This document shows, in pieces, positions 38,733 to 53,073 of a stretch of DNA of 64,000 bases; the stretch's first letter is position 1; the number at the start of each line of letters is the position of its first letter. Origin of the DNA: Neocallimastix sp. 'constans' (Eukaryota); contig JBODTK010000152.1 in NCBI GenBank assembly GCA_050613775.1, forward strand, positions 124,001-188,000, written 5' to 3'. Both the position numbers and the translations under genes were made by a program. The notes under the pieces were generated by a model. That model did no database searches, was not told the DNA's origin, and was given only the letters and a program-made list of their open reading frames with translations.

Positions 38733-39114
38733 TTTTTATTTTATATTTTACTTTATTATTTATTTTTTTTTATCATATATTTTATCTTATACTTTTTTTT
38801 TATTTTTTATTTTACTTTATTCTTTTTTTTATATTTTATATTTTACTTTATTATTCTTTTTTTTTTTTATATTTTATATTTTACTTTATTATTTATTTTT
38901 TTATATTTTTTATTTTACTTTATTATTTATTTTTTTTATTTATTTTTTATATATATATTTTTTTTACTGTAAATGTTTTTAAAATTAAAAAAAAAAAAAT
39001 AAAAATAAAAATAAAAATAAATTTAACCCTATTCCTATTCATTTATTTTTACAAGCCACATTGTAATACATGAATAAATGATCAAACATAAATTATGTCG
39101 AAATGCAATACTCC
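36582..39114 (-). mobile_element. MULE DNA transposon (2.5 kb) with frameshifted transposase
   Basis: TIR core gcatttcgacataatttatg / cataaattatgtcgaaatgc; 9-bp TSD gaataaaat (36573-36581 / 39115-39123). Confidence 0.9.
37192..38594 (-). pseudogene. MULE transposase in three frames
   Basis: ORFs 38274-38594, 38018-38251, 37192-38052 with FADGTF, CDFE, CVWH and NNASES motifs. Confidence 0.9.
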
Positions 39115-39266
39115 GAATAAAATTATTAATCTATGACAACTAATTTTTATAAATTCATTAATTTTATATATATCACATGATTATAAATTGTATTAACATG
39201 TAAAGTTAATGTAAATCATATTAATAAATAGATTTGAATTAAATTTTATAATATTGGAATAATAGT

Positions 39267-39310
<44 letters not shown>

Positions 39311-39364
39311 CCTATGTATTAAAAAGTACATAAAGAAAATAAGCAAGGTACAAAATTATTGAAT

Positions 39365-39712
39365 GAATTTCATTTTGGAAAATTGCATTTCGTAATGTGG
39401 CATATATATTATTGTAATTTAACGCCATAAATTTTTTAATATTTTTTGATACAATTACAAATAAATAAAAAAGTAAATAAATTATAGATTTAGAAATAAA
39501 TATAAATGTGTTATTAAAAAATGTTTTAAACATTTTTTAAATCCTTTGTAATAAAAAAGACTGAATAATTAATTTATTTATGATTAATAATTAAATTTAT
39601 ATAATAAAAATAAATAATAAAAAATTAAATATAAACAATAAATAATTGTATAAATATTTTATTTTTTAATATATAAAAAATTCAATATTTTATAAAGAAG
39701 TTTTAGTTTTAT

Positions 39713-39745
<33 letters not shown>

Positions 39746-39972
39746 TGAAAAATTAATACTAATTTATTCTGAATAAAAATATATTATTTATAAATATATT
39801 CTTATTTATGAAATAAAGTTAATAATTAAAAAATTAAATAATATAAAAACATATAAATATTTATTAAAATTATTTATTTATTAATTTATTTATTAAAAAT
39901 TTGAATCGCCACATTTTCCGAAATACGACTTTCCGACGTTCCGAAATGTAACGCTCCCAAAATTGAAAATAT
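39365..39972. mobile_element. Possible MULE-derived MITE upstream of MPP-alpha
   Basis: ggaaaattgcatttcg at ~39377 and inverted ccgaaatgtaacgctccc at 39941-39958 resemble the other MULE TIRs; no clear TSD. Confidence 0.4.
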
Positions 39973-40195
39973 AATAATTCTTAAAAATAATAAAATTTTA
40001 AAATCAATATTATAAAGTAATACTAATTCTTTATTAAATTTAGAGTAAAACTTAATTTTTATTTAAAGAAATCAAACAAACAAAACAAACAAAACAAAAC
40101 AAAAAATAAAGAATAAAAAATAAAGAATAAAACTAAAATAATAGAAAAAAAAAAGGAATAAATTTACGATATAAAAATTTTATTTTTTAATAAAA

Positions 40196-42077
40196 ATGAG
40201 TCTTAGTATACTCTTAAATCAAAATAATTCACTAAATAAAAAAATTATTTTAAATTCTTTAGTATGTATTTAAATAATATTAAATTAATATAAATTAATA
40301 ATTTCATCCATTTAATGTATAATCCCATCAAAAATCAATTAAAAATCATTTATTAACAAATTATTATTTATTATATTTATATAAATAAAAGTCAACGTTC
40401 AAAAATAAATCAATTTTAAAATCCAATTTGTCGATTTTTTCCTCAAAAAAACCTTTAATAACCAAATCAAATGATTTCTCAACTGTAATTACATCTTTGC
40501 CAAATGGATTAAAAGTTGCTTCAGAAGAAGCACCAGGTCATTTTGCATCTGTGGGTGTATATATTGATGCTGGATCGCGATATGAAAATAATCAAAATGC
40601 TGGTTCTAGTCATTTAATAGATCGCTTAGCTTTTAAGGTATATTATTAATTTTAATAAGAAAAAACTTTAATTAAATTTTGTAATATTTAAATTTGGGTA
40701 TATTTAATTTGAAATCTGAAATCTTGAAATTTCAAAATATTAGATTATGTATTAATTAGTAAAATTGATTAATAATAACTATAGAGTACGAAAGATTATA
40801 CATCTGAAGAACTTGTTCAGGAAATGGAAAAGCTTGGAGGTAGCGTTGTAGCTCATAGTTCTCGTGAATCTATTATATATCAATCATCCATATTTCGTCA
40901 TGATATTCAAAAAATATTACCCCTTTTTTCACAGATTATAAGATACCCACTTTTATTAAAAAATGATTTTGAAGAAGTTAAAAAAAGTACTCTTTATGAA
41001 ATTGAAGAACTTTCACAACAACCAGACATGCTCTTAATAGAAAAAATTCATGAAGTTGCATATAATAATGCTAGCAATGGTAAAGGTTCTCAACCAAATA
41101 CCGTTGGTCGCTCAATGCTTTGTACAACTGAAAAATTAAAAACTATGAATTTAGATATCATAAAAGATTTCCGTAAAACGTGGTTTTCACCAAATCGTAT
41201 GGTAATCGTTGGTACTGGTATGTCTCATGAATATTTATTAGAGCATGTTCAAAAGCATTTTGGTGACATTCCAAAGGCTTCACCTGAAATTTTACAAAAG
41301 CAAAAAGAACAAACAAAGGCTGCAAAATATACTGGAGGTTCATTAATCATTAATACCAAAGGCCAAACATTGTCTAATCCAGATGAAATGATGTTAACTC
41401 ATATTTATCTTGCTTTTGAATCAGTGAATGCTAATGATCCGGATATTTATGCTGTTGCTGTATTAAATACACTTATGGGTGGTGGCAGTAGTTTTTCTGC
41501 TGGAGGACCAGGTAAAGGTATATATTCAAGACTTTATACGCATGTTTTAAATCAATATCAATTTGTAGAAAAATGTCAGATGTTTAACTATTCCTACAAT
41601 GATACCGGTCTTTTTGGTATTTCTCTTTCTGTTCTTAGTCATCCACAAGTTCATGGATATGTACTACCAATAATCTTTAATCAAATTCAAGATATGATAA
41701 GTCAAATTAAGCCAGAAGAAGTTAACAGAGCAAAAAACCAATTAACTAGTCAATTACTTATGAATCTTGAAAACCGCTCTGTTGAACTTGAAGATATTGG
41801 TCGTCAAATTCTTTCCAATGGTAAAAGAGTATCAGCTTCAGAAATGTATAAACGAATTCAAGAAGTTAGCTATGCCGATATAGTAAGAGTTGCTCATAGA
41901 ATAATATTTGGAGAAACTGATACTAAAGAAATGAAATCTTATCCAGATATGAAATATACACCAAGAACTGGTGATGGTAGACCAACTATAGTTATACAAG
42001 GCCCATTTGAAGATAATGATCCATTACTTAAAGCAGAACAAACTGTTAATGAATTTTTTAAATATAAACAAAATTAA
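40196..42077 (+). CDS. MAS2: Mitochondrial/hydrogenosomal processing peptidase alpha subunit (exons 40196-40261, 40392-40637, 40785-42077)
   Basis: M16 peptidase N-terminus LPNGLKVAS..IDAGSRYE; diagnostic GGGSSFSAGGPGKG loop; frame-consistent introns. Confidence 0.95.
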
Positions 42078-43036
42078 TTTTAGTTTTAGTTTTATCGATC
42101 ATATATACAATAATTTTTTTTTTTTTTTTTTTTTCAATTAAGTATATTCATAAATATTAAATAATTATATTACTATTCTAAATTATTAAGAAAAAATAAT
42201 AATTTTAATATTAATAATAATTTTCAAATGGTATCTTTATAGAAATAAGTTAAAAAAAAAAAAAAAGGTAAAATATTAAAAATAAAAATTAAAATATAAT
42301 AAATTGATATGTATGTAATTTTAACAAATAATTAATAAAAATATAAAATTTTTTGAGAACTTAATAAAACTATATATATTTTTAATTATAAATAAAAATA
42401 TTAGTCAAAAATATATTTAATTAAAAAAATATAATAATTAAAAAGAACAGATATTGATGCAAAAAAAAATTTTTTATATGACTCTTTTTAAATATGTTAT
42501 AATAATAAAGACCAAAAATTATATATATAATTAAAAAATATAATAAATAAAAAGAACAGATATAGATGCAAAAATTTTATGATATAATAATAAAGACCAA
42601 AATTTATATATATAAATTTTACATTGTTAAATATCTAATTAATTATTTATTATGTTTAAAATATACTCATAATGAATATTAATTTTCTTTATTATAAAGG
42701 TATTTATTATTTATTATATTATATTATATTTTATTTTTATTATTTATTTATCTTTTATTTAATTTTTATCATTGTAGGGTGTAAATAAAATATATTTAAA
42801 TTATTATCATTATTATTATTTTAATTATTATTAATAATGTTATTATCATTATTTGATATTAAATATTGACGCAATACTTTCTAAAATATATATTAATTAA
42901 AAAAATTTACTGAAATTCTTGTAAATTTAAATTTTATATCTTATATTATTATTAATAGTTAGTATGCCGATTAAAGACAGAATAGTTAAATTATCTTAAA
43001 TTTTGTAGGTTTAAATATATTTTTATAATAATAAAA

Positions 43037-44153
43037 TTAAATCATAACATTATCATATTTAACTCCATCAATTACACCACCTTTCATTGATTTTTGAACA
43101 TTATTCTTAAAAGTTCTTTTGTTATTTAAAAGAACATTTGCAGCCTCTATACATATTTGTTTATTTTGTTTTGTTTTAGAAAAAAAATTTAAAGTAATAT
43201 CAAATATTATAATTTAAGAATTACCATAAAATAATGAATATAATCAATATTAAAAATAATAAAATAGGTTAATTTACAATATTAAATATATATATATAAT
43301 AACATTCAATTATAATATACCTTTATTTAATGGATCTTCTGGATTTGGTTCTAAAAATAAAAATTGTAAACCGACTAAAATTGAATTAATATTTAAAACA
43401 GGTTTCCAATCTTCTCTTAAAATATTTAAACAAATATTTCCATCTAAATCAATGTTCGGATGATATATCTTTATTTTGAAATTTTTTAATTATAAAACAA
43501 TTTTATAAAATTTTAAATATTGATTGTAACAATTTATAAAAAAATAATAAATAATTAAACAATATATTATTTGTTTTTAATATAAAAAGATATATATATT
43601 ATTTCAATAATATAGATAATATACAAAAAAAAAAAAAATAAAAATAAAAATATTTAAATAAAAATAAAAAAAAAATAAAAAATAATTTAATATATATAAA
43701 ATACCTTTTGGGTACATAAAATCTTTGGTGGTTCATGTGGATAATTAGTATTAAAAGTAAAAGTGAAATGAAAAGATCCATCTTTATAATAACCTTTTTT
43801 AAATTTAATATTCAATATTATTCTTAATTAATAATAATAATATAATAACTTTTTTTACTTTATTTTATTACTCACCTTCATCTGGCTTAATAGTTAATTC
43901 ATGTTTAAAGAAATCGGTTGGATTTGGAGTAACAAAGTTCATTGTACTTGGTAATTCATCTAAATCAGCTAAATCTATTATTATCGATAATATTAAAAAA
44001 GGTATCATTAATTATAATTTAATTTAATAATAATATAAATATCATTGATTTAAAATTACCCTTTTGTAAACGTAATTGGGCTGCAGTAGTTCTAACCTTT
44101 TTAGTTTGAACTCTTTTGGTATCTTTATTCTTTAATGACCAAATATTAATCAT
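43037..44153 (-). CDS. UBC12: NEDD8-conjugating E2 enzyme (5 coding exons)
   Basis: [64 protein letters not shown]. Confidence 0.95.
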
Positions 44154-45059
44154 TTTTTATTTTTTTAATGTAAATCTGTTTAAAAGTAGCATAAACAATA
44201 TTTAAATAGAATCCACATACATATATAATATTAAAAATATTAAAAAAAAAAAAAAACCGAATAAAATAACAAATTAAAATAAATAAAATTTAAATAACAG
44301 TTTAACTTCTAATTTTTTTAAATTAAATTAAATTAAATTAAAATACATATAAATATGTTAATTAATATTTACACATACCTTTCAAATATTTTAAAGCAAA
44401 GATAAAAAAAAAAATAAAACAAAACTATAAATTTATAATATAACTTTTATTATTATTTATTTATTTAGTTTATTTATATAATTTATTTGTATCTTTTTTA
44501 CTTTATTAATATTAAAAATATTTAGTTTGATTATCAATATTAAAATATATATGTATATGTATATTAATTTTTTTATCGACTACTTTATTGGTTGTTCTTT
44601 TCTTTTTTAATTTATATTAATAATAGCCAATTTTTAAATTTTATTAACAATAAATATAAGATGTTACAATAATTATGTATAAAAAATTTAATATTAACAA
44701 ATTGATTGTTTTTCATTGTACATATGTAATAAAATTTAATAAAATTTTAACTTTAAATATATTTTAGATAAAAATACATCATTTCCTAATATATGTATAT
44801 ATACCTTTTAAGTTCTTTTATTGGATAGTTATTTTTAAAATATATTCATTAATAATAATGAAGTATTTGCTGATGATTTGAATTTCTTTAAAATGAAATT
44901 ATTAAAATTAAGGGAAAATCTATTATTCTAAAATTCTAAAAAAGAAGAATTCTTTAAAATTTTATTTTATTCTATTTTATTTAATCACTTATTTATTTTT
45001 TAATTAATATAATATAATATTTATTTTAATTATTCTAATTATTGTTATTATTTTATAAG

Positions 45060-45091
<32 letters not shown>

Positions 45092-45512
45092 TATTATTTA
45101 TTTACATTAATTTTTATTAAATTTTATATAATAAATAATAATTAAAAATAAATAATAATTGAAATATATATATATAAAATAAATATATAAAAAAATAAAT
45201 AAATAAATTAATTAAAAATAAAAGTGATAATAAAAAGAAGCTACATTCTAATTTAATTAAAAAAAATAAGAAAATAAATTATTACTTTCTTTTTCTTTTT
45301 TTCTTTCCTTTTTCAATATATATATATATTTTTTTTGAAGATTTAAAAATTAAAAAAAAAAAATAAAAAATAAAAAAAGAAAGAAAAGAAAAGCTACATT
45401 GTGCGTTAATTAAAAAATAACTGATTTAATTTTAGACCTAAACATATTTTAATTAAATTATAGTGTTATTATATTAAATGTTATTTAAAATTTATTTAAT
45501 ATGTTAATTTTT

Positions 45513-47133
45513 TCATACCTTTTTACATAACATAACAACATCTTCATCAGCCAATACATGATCTTTTCCTACTTTTTGTGGGTGATGCTTAACACTGTTA
45601 CCCCAAACTAATGCATACTTGAATTGTTTTATAATAGCTCTATGAATACTATTACAGAAATCTTCAACTGTACATGCATCACGTCGTAATACAATTGGTG
45701 AATTATAATCTGGTAATTGACCTTTTGGTTTGGTATAAATACGAACTAAATCAAGATAGTCCCACATTTTTTCTAATAAATCATCAAAATTCCATCCATG
45801 GTGAGCAGAAACTGGAATAGCGTGTGGAATTTTGTATATAATATCCAACTATTTATTATTTTATACAGAAATAAATAAATAAATAAAAAAAGAACAAGAT
45901 AATATATTAATAAATCAAAATTTAATTCATATATATAATAATTAAAAGATATATTTTTTTTAATACATACTTCTTCAATACTAATTTGATCAATTTTATT
46001 TAAAACATATATACATGGGATATAAATACGATTTCCTTCAATAACATCAATTAAATCATCAACTGTAGCATCATCTATATTATTATGAAAATATATTTAA
46101 GTAAATTATACTTAATTTTTGTATTGAAATCTTAATTGTTATATTTCAAGAAAATTTTTTTTAATAATAATAATAAAAAGATAAAATATAAAATCATACA
46201 TTTAAAGTTGATATCAGCGTTGTGAATTTTATATTCAGCTAATACTGCCTTAACTTGGTCCAAATCTAAGTGAGTAAGATTGACAGTACTAGACATAGTA
46301 ACACCACCTTTATCTTTCTTCTTAAAGGTAATATTTGGGGGTTGTTTATTCAAACGAATACCGAAACCTTCCAATTCTCTTTCAATAACTCTTTTATCAG
46401 TAAGTGGCTTTAATACATCTAAAACAATGAAGATTAAAGAACAAGTACGAGCTACCGCAATTACTTGACGACCACGACCCTTACCATCTTTTGCACCTTC
46501 AATAATACCAGGAAGATCTAGAATTTGAATTTTTGCACCTTTGTATTGAATAACACCAGGAACTAATTATTTTAAATATTAATATTAATTAAATTATTAT
46601 TTACATTATTAAAAATTTTAAATGTAATTTTTAGATTACTGCTAAATTTTACTCAATAAAAAATACATTAATTTCTACTATAATACATAAATATTTATAT
46701 TATACTGTAATATATTTATTTATAAATTTATTTTATATTGATTTAATATATATCTTTTTTTTTTTTCGTTTTATAAATTAAACTTTAGAATTAAGGATTA
46801 ATTTTTTTAATTATTTAGTTATTATTAGGCTTTACCTGTTGTTAAGGTTGTGAATTCATAAGCACCAACTTCAGAGTGAGTACCAGTCATTTTTGACATA
46901 AGAGTTGATTTACCAACAGACGGGAATCCAACGAAACCAACACGGGCAACACCAGTTTTAGCGACATCGAAACCGATACCACCACCACCTCCTCCTCCAG
47001 TTGGTGTAAGAAGTTCTCGACGAAGTTTAGCTAATTTTGCTTTTAAAGTACCCAAGTGAAAGGAAGTGGCCTTGTTCTTTTGGGTACGTGCCATTTCCAA
47101 TTCAATTTCCTTAATTTTTTCCACGATAGACAT
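45513..47133 (-). CDS. RBG1: Developmentally regulated GTP-binding protein DRG1/Rbg1 (4 exons)
   Basis: [45 protein letters not shown]-terminal TGS domain. Confidence 0.96.
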
Positions 47134-47668
47134 TTTTATTTATTATAATTAATCTTAAATAAATTTATTTGAATAAATATTATATTTCGATTGCATTTTA
47201 TTATTTTATTATTAATAAAAATAATATATTAATTAATACATATATTTATAAAAATCAACCCAAAAAGAAATTTATATAATATTTTTGATGAAATTTTATT
47301 GTTATTTATTTGAGATGATGATTATGATTCATTGTTATTGAAATTTTTATTTTTAGAAGAAAAATATATTATATTTAATAATTTTAATATTAATAATAAT
47401 TATTGTTTATATTTTGAATAAATATATAGATTATAGAGTTAATTCAAATAAAATTATTTATCTGTTTTTTGATTTATTTCAAATTATATAAATTAAACAT
47501 TATTTTTCTATTATTTTAAAAAATATAATAATAATAATAAAATATTTAGTTTATTTATTAGTATAAAAAAAATTACCTATTAATATTTATTTTTGTTTGT
47601 TAATATTTAGGAAAAAGTATTTTAATTTCCTATTAAATAATTATTAATTTAAATTCAAGAAGACTTAA

Positions 47669-47778
<110 letters not shown>

Positions 47779-49158
47779 TTTTCTACTTTTCTACTTTTCT
47801 AAAATTTGGTTGAAAAAAAAAAAAGAATTACTAAATAATATTTATTAATGTTAATGAAATTAATAATAAATGTAATATTTTATTAAATAACAATAAAATA
47901 TAATAATTATACTATTTTTAATATATTTTTATATATATTATTATAATTATATTATTATAAATCTGTTTTTATAAGTTATGTTGAACTTATTATTTAAAGT
48001 AGTTTTTAATGGCTGAAAGAAGTTTAAACCAATCGTTTTTTAGTATAAAATATACAATTTAGACTAATAATACATGAAATAAACACGTGATGATTATAAA
48101 AAATATAATAATTTCATAAAAATTAATTTAATTTCTATACAAGTTTATGTCCGGTTATTTTTCAAAAAGAATAAAAATTATGATATTTATATTTTAGGAT
48201 GTATATTATTGTTTTTATAAATATTTTTTACTTTTTAATCAGTTTTTTTTTCTATATTATATTAAAGTATTATTACAATTGTGCAATTAATTGACTGATT
48301 ATTAGCACTATTTAATATATTTAAATTTTGATAAAAAAAATATTTTATATATAGATTTATTTTGATAATATTAATAAAATAAAAAAAATAAAAATTTTTG
48401 TATAAATGTATAAATGGAAAAATTATAAATAAATTTTTAATTTATATATATATATATATATTTATATAATTTTTAAATAATAAATTAATTTTTTTTATTA
48501 AATTTATTAACTGAATTGAACTATAATATAATTTTAAAAAAATGGAAATAAAAATTTTTTTATTAAATTTTTTAGCTGCATTAACTATAATGTAATTTTA
48601 AAAGAGAAATTAAAATTCTTTTGAATTGATTTGAATCTTTCATATAATTAAATAATTACTTCTTTTAACATTACTACCACTGATATATGCTTATTAAATA
48701 GAAAAAATATTTTTATAATTAACAAATAAAAATAAATAAATTATAAATTTATTAATTATAAAAAATAACATGACACTTATATAAATTAACTCTTCATATT
48801 TATTTTTTTTCTACGAAAAGAAAGAAATAATCTGAATTATATAATAAGAAAATTTTATTTATTATTATTCTTTTTTGTTTAATATAAAACCTTAATATAA
48901 AGATATTATTATTACATAAAAAAAAAAAAAAAAAAAAAAAAAGGAAAAAATCTCCATAATTAATAGGTAAATAATTTAAAGGAATTGATTATTATTTTTT
49001 TTTTTAATAAAATTTATAATATATATACTTTTAAATATGTTTCTTAATTCTATTATATTATATTATTATATATAAATATTTTAGATTAAAAAGTGTTATA
49101 ATCATTATTCCAATAAATTCTATAAAGTAAATATAATTTTGACTTAAAATATACAAAG

Positions 49159-49328
49159 AAATTTAAAAATTTGGATTTTAATAAAAATTATTATTTATAT
49201 ATATTATTTATTTTTATAAAAATTAAGAAAGAAAAGTAAATAAATTTAAAAATTTGGATTTTAATAAAAATTATTATTTATATATATTATTTATTTTTAT
49301 TAAAATTAAGAAAGAAAAGTAAATAAAA
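49159..49328. repeat. ~84-bp tandem duplication upstream of VAM7-like gene
   Basis: aatttaaaaatttggattttaat...aagaaagaaaagtaaataaa occurs twice. Confidence 0.85.
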
Positions 49329-49679
49329 AAGATAAAACAAAACCATAAAAGTAAAATCGAAAAGGAAACAAGTAATCAAACTACCAAACAAAACAAAAAA
49401 TCAAAAAAATCAAGATTTCAATAGAATAATTATTTCATTTTAATAAAATTTATAATTCAGTTTAGAAAATAGTATTATGATAATAATAATAGTAATTAAT
49501 TAATTATTATAAAAGCTTCTGTCTCAAATATATTCAAATATAAAATAAGATATATAAGAAATATAATAATAAAAATATAAATTTATTCAATTATGTTTTG
49601 ATAAAGAATTTCAAAATAATAATATAATAATTGTAACAATAATAATACATACATACGTACATATATATTTTCTATTAAA

Positions 49680-51005
49680 ATGGAAAAAATTTTGAAAATA
49701 TCAATACCAAATTGTTCTCAACGTCAAAAATCTAAACCATATATGGTTTATCATATATCTATTACAACGACTGTACGTTCCTGGACTGTACAACATCGTT
49801 ATAACGAATTTTTTAACTTGAATAAAAAATTTTTAGATTTAGGGTTAAAGCCACCTCTTGAATTGCCTCCCAAATCATTCATATTCTCATTTACTTCTTT
49901 TGATAATCCAAAATTTGTGGAAAATCGTCGACAAGGATTAGAAGAATATTTACAAGCAGTTCTTGCAAGTAAAGATGAACGTTTCAAAAAATTACCCGAA
50001 TGGAAGGAATTTTTAGGTATTTCCCATTTAAAAATTAATAATGAATTAGAAAGTGAAGATGTATTTGCTACTACTCCATTGACTGAAACTTATATTAATA
50101 ATGATAAAGAAAACCAGGCTGATCAAGGTAAAAATTCATTAGATTTAAAATCTTCTGAACAATGGCTTGATGAATGTCGAGATCTTAATTTAGTAATTAA
50201 TGAAATAAGAACTTGTATTGCAGAACGAAACAAATTTGCTTTTCGTAATGATACAGCAGCAGCTTGTGAAGCTATTGTACAAGCTCGTAAAAATCATAAT
50301 GTTTTATGTACGCGATATTCATCTTTAGAGCGTGAGCTTCATTGTCAGTTAAATGAATATTATAATTGTAAAAATGATCATCATAGTTTACAAGAGTTAA
50401 ATGATATCGGAGCTGAAGCCTCCACACCCACGGGATTCTTTTCATCCGTTTTTGGTGGAATTAAAAAACAAAAAAGAAATCCATTACTTTCAAAAGGTGA
50501 GCTTTCGCGTAGACAAGATTTATTAGAAAATATAAGAGTGAAAAAAGAACAATTAGAAAAACAACTTAGAAATATAAAATTCAATGAAGATTTATCTTTT
50601 GATCAAATGGTAACCACATCAAATAATAGTGTTTATTACAGTTCTGAAGTTAATAGTTCAATTGATAATGGTTTGAGTAATAGTAGTATTAATCATAATA
50701 CATCAGGAAAATTTAAATCTAGAAGAAAATTTGGTGTTAATATTTCACAAGAAGTTAAAGAAAAAACGCAAGGACTTGATAATGTTCAAATATTACAACT
50801 TCAAAAAGATATGCTTAATGATCAAGATAAGACATTAGAACAATTTTCAGCTATTCTTAATCGTCAACATAGACTTGGTGAAACCATAAATCAGGAATTC
50901 AGTTTACAAAGTGAACTTTTAGAAGATCTTGATGGTCATGTTAATAAAGTTAACCAAGGTCTTAGTCAAGCCGATAAACGTATGAAAAAAGTTTTAAAGA
51001 AGTGA
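49680..51005 (+). CDS. VAM7: PX-domain soluble Qc-SNARE, Vam7-like (intronless)
   Basis: PX: YMVYHI..HRYNEF..PPLELPPK..RRQGLEEYL; C-terminal SNARE QDKTLEQ..INQEFSLQSELLEDLD; no transmembrane segment. Confidence 0.85.
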   Translation: MEKILKISIPNCSQRQKSKPYMVYHISITTTVRSWTVQHRYNEFFNLNKKFLDLGLKPPLELPPKSFIFSFTSFDNPKFVENRRQGLEEYLQAVLASKDERFKKLPEWKEFLGISHLKINNELESEDVFATTPLTETYINNDKENQADQGKNSLDLKSSEQWLDECRDLNLVINEIRTCIAERNKFAFRNDTAAACEAIVQARKNHNVLCTRYSSLERELHCQLNEYYNCKNDHHSLQELNDIGAEASTPTGFFSSVFGGIKKQKRNPLLSKGELSRRQDLLENIRVKKEQLEKQLRNIKFNEDLSFDQMVTTSNNSVYYSSEVNSSIDNGLSNSSINHNTSGKFKSRRKFGVNISQEVKEKTQGLDNVQILQLQKDMLNDQDKTLEQFSAILNRQHRLGETINQEFSLQSELLEDLDGHVNKVNQGLSQADKRMKKVLKK

Positions 51006-51233
51006 TAAATAATAATAACAACAGTAACAAAAAGAATAATGATTATTTTAATACATAATTTGTATTAATTATTAACTAATATTGTTTTTAAATAAAAAAA
51101 AATAAAAAATATATATATATTATTAAGTGATATATAAACTAATTAATAAAAATTATATTTAATAATGATAAAAATGCTAAGAAAAATAATAAAAAATGTT
51201 AAAACTGAATTATTAAACAAATTTATAAGTTTT

Positions 51234-51817
51234 TGTTAGAAATGTGGCTTCGATACATCTATATGATTTATGTAAAACGTGAATTAATAATTTTATGAAA
51301 TTGTATTAATGAGTGAACCTTATGTTATTTTATAAGGGTTTATTAATAAAATTCCAATATATCTAAATTACAAAACTTGATAGTAATGAATAAATAAATA
51401 TATATAATTAGATAATAATAATAATTAAAAGCTTAATAAGGTTTTATAATTTATTTTATAAATTAATTATTTTATTTTTTTTTTTGGTTGAATAAAAATG
51501 AAAAAATATATTTCCTTTAATATTAAACGTGGCTTGATAATTTATATTTTTTATTACAAAGAGAAATAATGTATTTCAAATATAATGAAGTTAATAAAGT
51601 TTTAATATATGTCAAATTTAATTTTAATTAAATTATTTTTAATCATATTTTCTTTGTATTTTAACATTCCCTGTCAAACTTAATTTACTAATTTACAAAA
51701 ATTACATTTGAGAATTTAGTCATCTTTATCTCTTAATATTTTTAGTCAAGGCATCTGCAAGCATATTTTCAGGGTCTATGTATTCTAATATAATTCTTTA
51801 TTTTTAATATGATCTTT
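51234..51817 (-). mobile_element. Copia 3' fragment (RNase H end + LTR 51234-51666)
   Basis: Minus strand ..ILEYIDPENMLADALTK..; TGTTA...TAACA-bounded LTR next to a degenerate PPT. Confidence 0.7.
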
Positions 51818-51819
51818 AA

Positions 51820-52612
51820 AAAAAAATAAAATCACAAAGAAAAATATTTTGTTGAGAAAATCACTCATATTTATACTTTTTTCCGGAAAAATAGTTTCTT
51901 GAATGAAAAAATATAAAAGTTCTTAGAATAAGATTTTAATTGATAAAAATGAATCATGGTCAATGTAACTAACAATTAGACCATTATTCTGATTTCTGAA
52001 ATTCTGATACGTTACCACAGAAAAATACAAATTAATTAATTTATTATATAAAATGTTAAATTAGTAAAGATAAAAATGTAATGTACCAGTAATCAATAAG
52101 ATTTAAGATAATTTAGTATAAAATAGAATAATTAAATAAAAAGTAAATGAGTTCTTGATGTTTTTTTATAAGGAATTCTAATTAAAATAAAAATAATAGT
52201 TTTAGAGATATTATAAATTAGTTTATATAGTTAATTCAATAGTTGAGTAATTACTTATATTTAAATAATAAGAGTTGAGATTCTTCATTTATAAGTAAAT
52301 TTGTTAATAAAAGATATTAATATATAAATTAAATTGTTAAGAATAATTAATAATTATTATATTCAGAGGAATATTATAATAAATCTATAATTGTAATAAT
52401 TTTTATATAAATAAAATAAATAAATAAATAAATATTTATAAGACTTAAAAACAAATAATTAAATTTATTATTTGTGTAAATTATTATTCATTAACTTTGA
52501 GTTGGAATATATTATTTTATAAATTCCTTATTTGCTCGACCTCATTGAAATAAAATAAATAAGAAATTGATAATTAATTACTTATATTGTATCAATTCTT
52601 AAATTCGTTACA
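51820..52612 (-). mobile_element. Partial copy of the tRNA-cassette LTR family, interrupted by a solo LTR
   Basis: Shares agattttaattgataaaaatgaatc and catggtcaatgtaactaac with 5252-5277 / 5485-5503; ends ttcgttaca. Confidence 0.75.
52005..52594. mobile_element. Solo LTR with 4-bp TSD
   Basis: TGATAC...GTATCA termini; TSD attc (52001-52004 / 52595-52598). Confidence 0.8.
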
Positions 52613-53010
52613 AAACTAAAGAGAAGGATATAAAATTTAATAGTAAACCGAAAAATAAAATTATCGATAAACAAATAAACAAAAATGACAAAATTGATAA
52701 AGAAAAAAAAAAAAAAGAAACGAAAAATTATCAATCAAATGAAGAAATGAAAATGAAGGACAGATCAACTATATTAGATTTTGAGAGGAAAACAGATTCA
52801 GACGATGAAAATGAAAACCATAAGAGAAATAGAATTAATAATATTGATACAATATTTCTGAAGATTTTTGAAGAAGTTATGAATTCATAAAATGCTAACA
52901 AATAGAAAGATGCAATAAACAAAGAATTACAAAATTTATATGGAAATAATGTTGTGGAAATTATTAAAACCAAAAATATTACAAAAAACATTAAACCACT
53001 CGATGTTAAA
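52613..53010 (+). pseudogene. Copia pol fragment (region just before RT)
   Basis: FEEVMNS*NANK*KDAINKELQNL...IKPL resembles WIKAISIELQNL...IKPL of the left Copia. Confidence 0.6.
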
Positions 53011-53041
53011 ATATAAATAAAAATTATTAATTAAAACTAAA

Positions 53042-53073
<32 letters not shown>

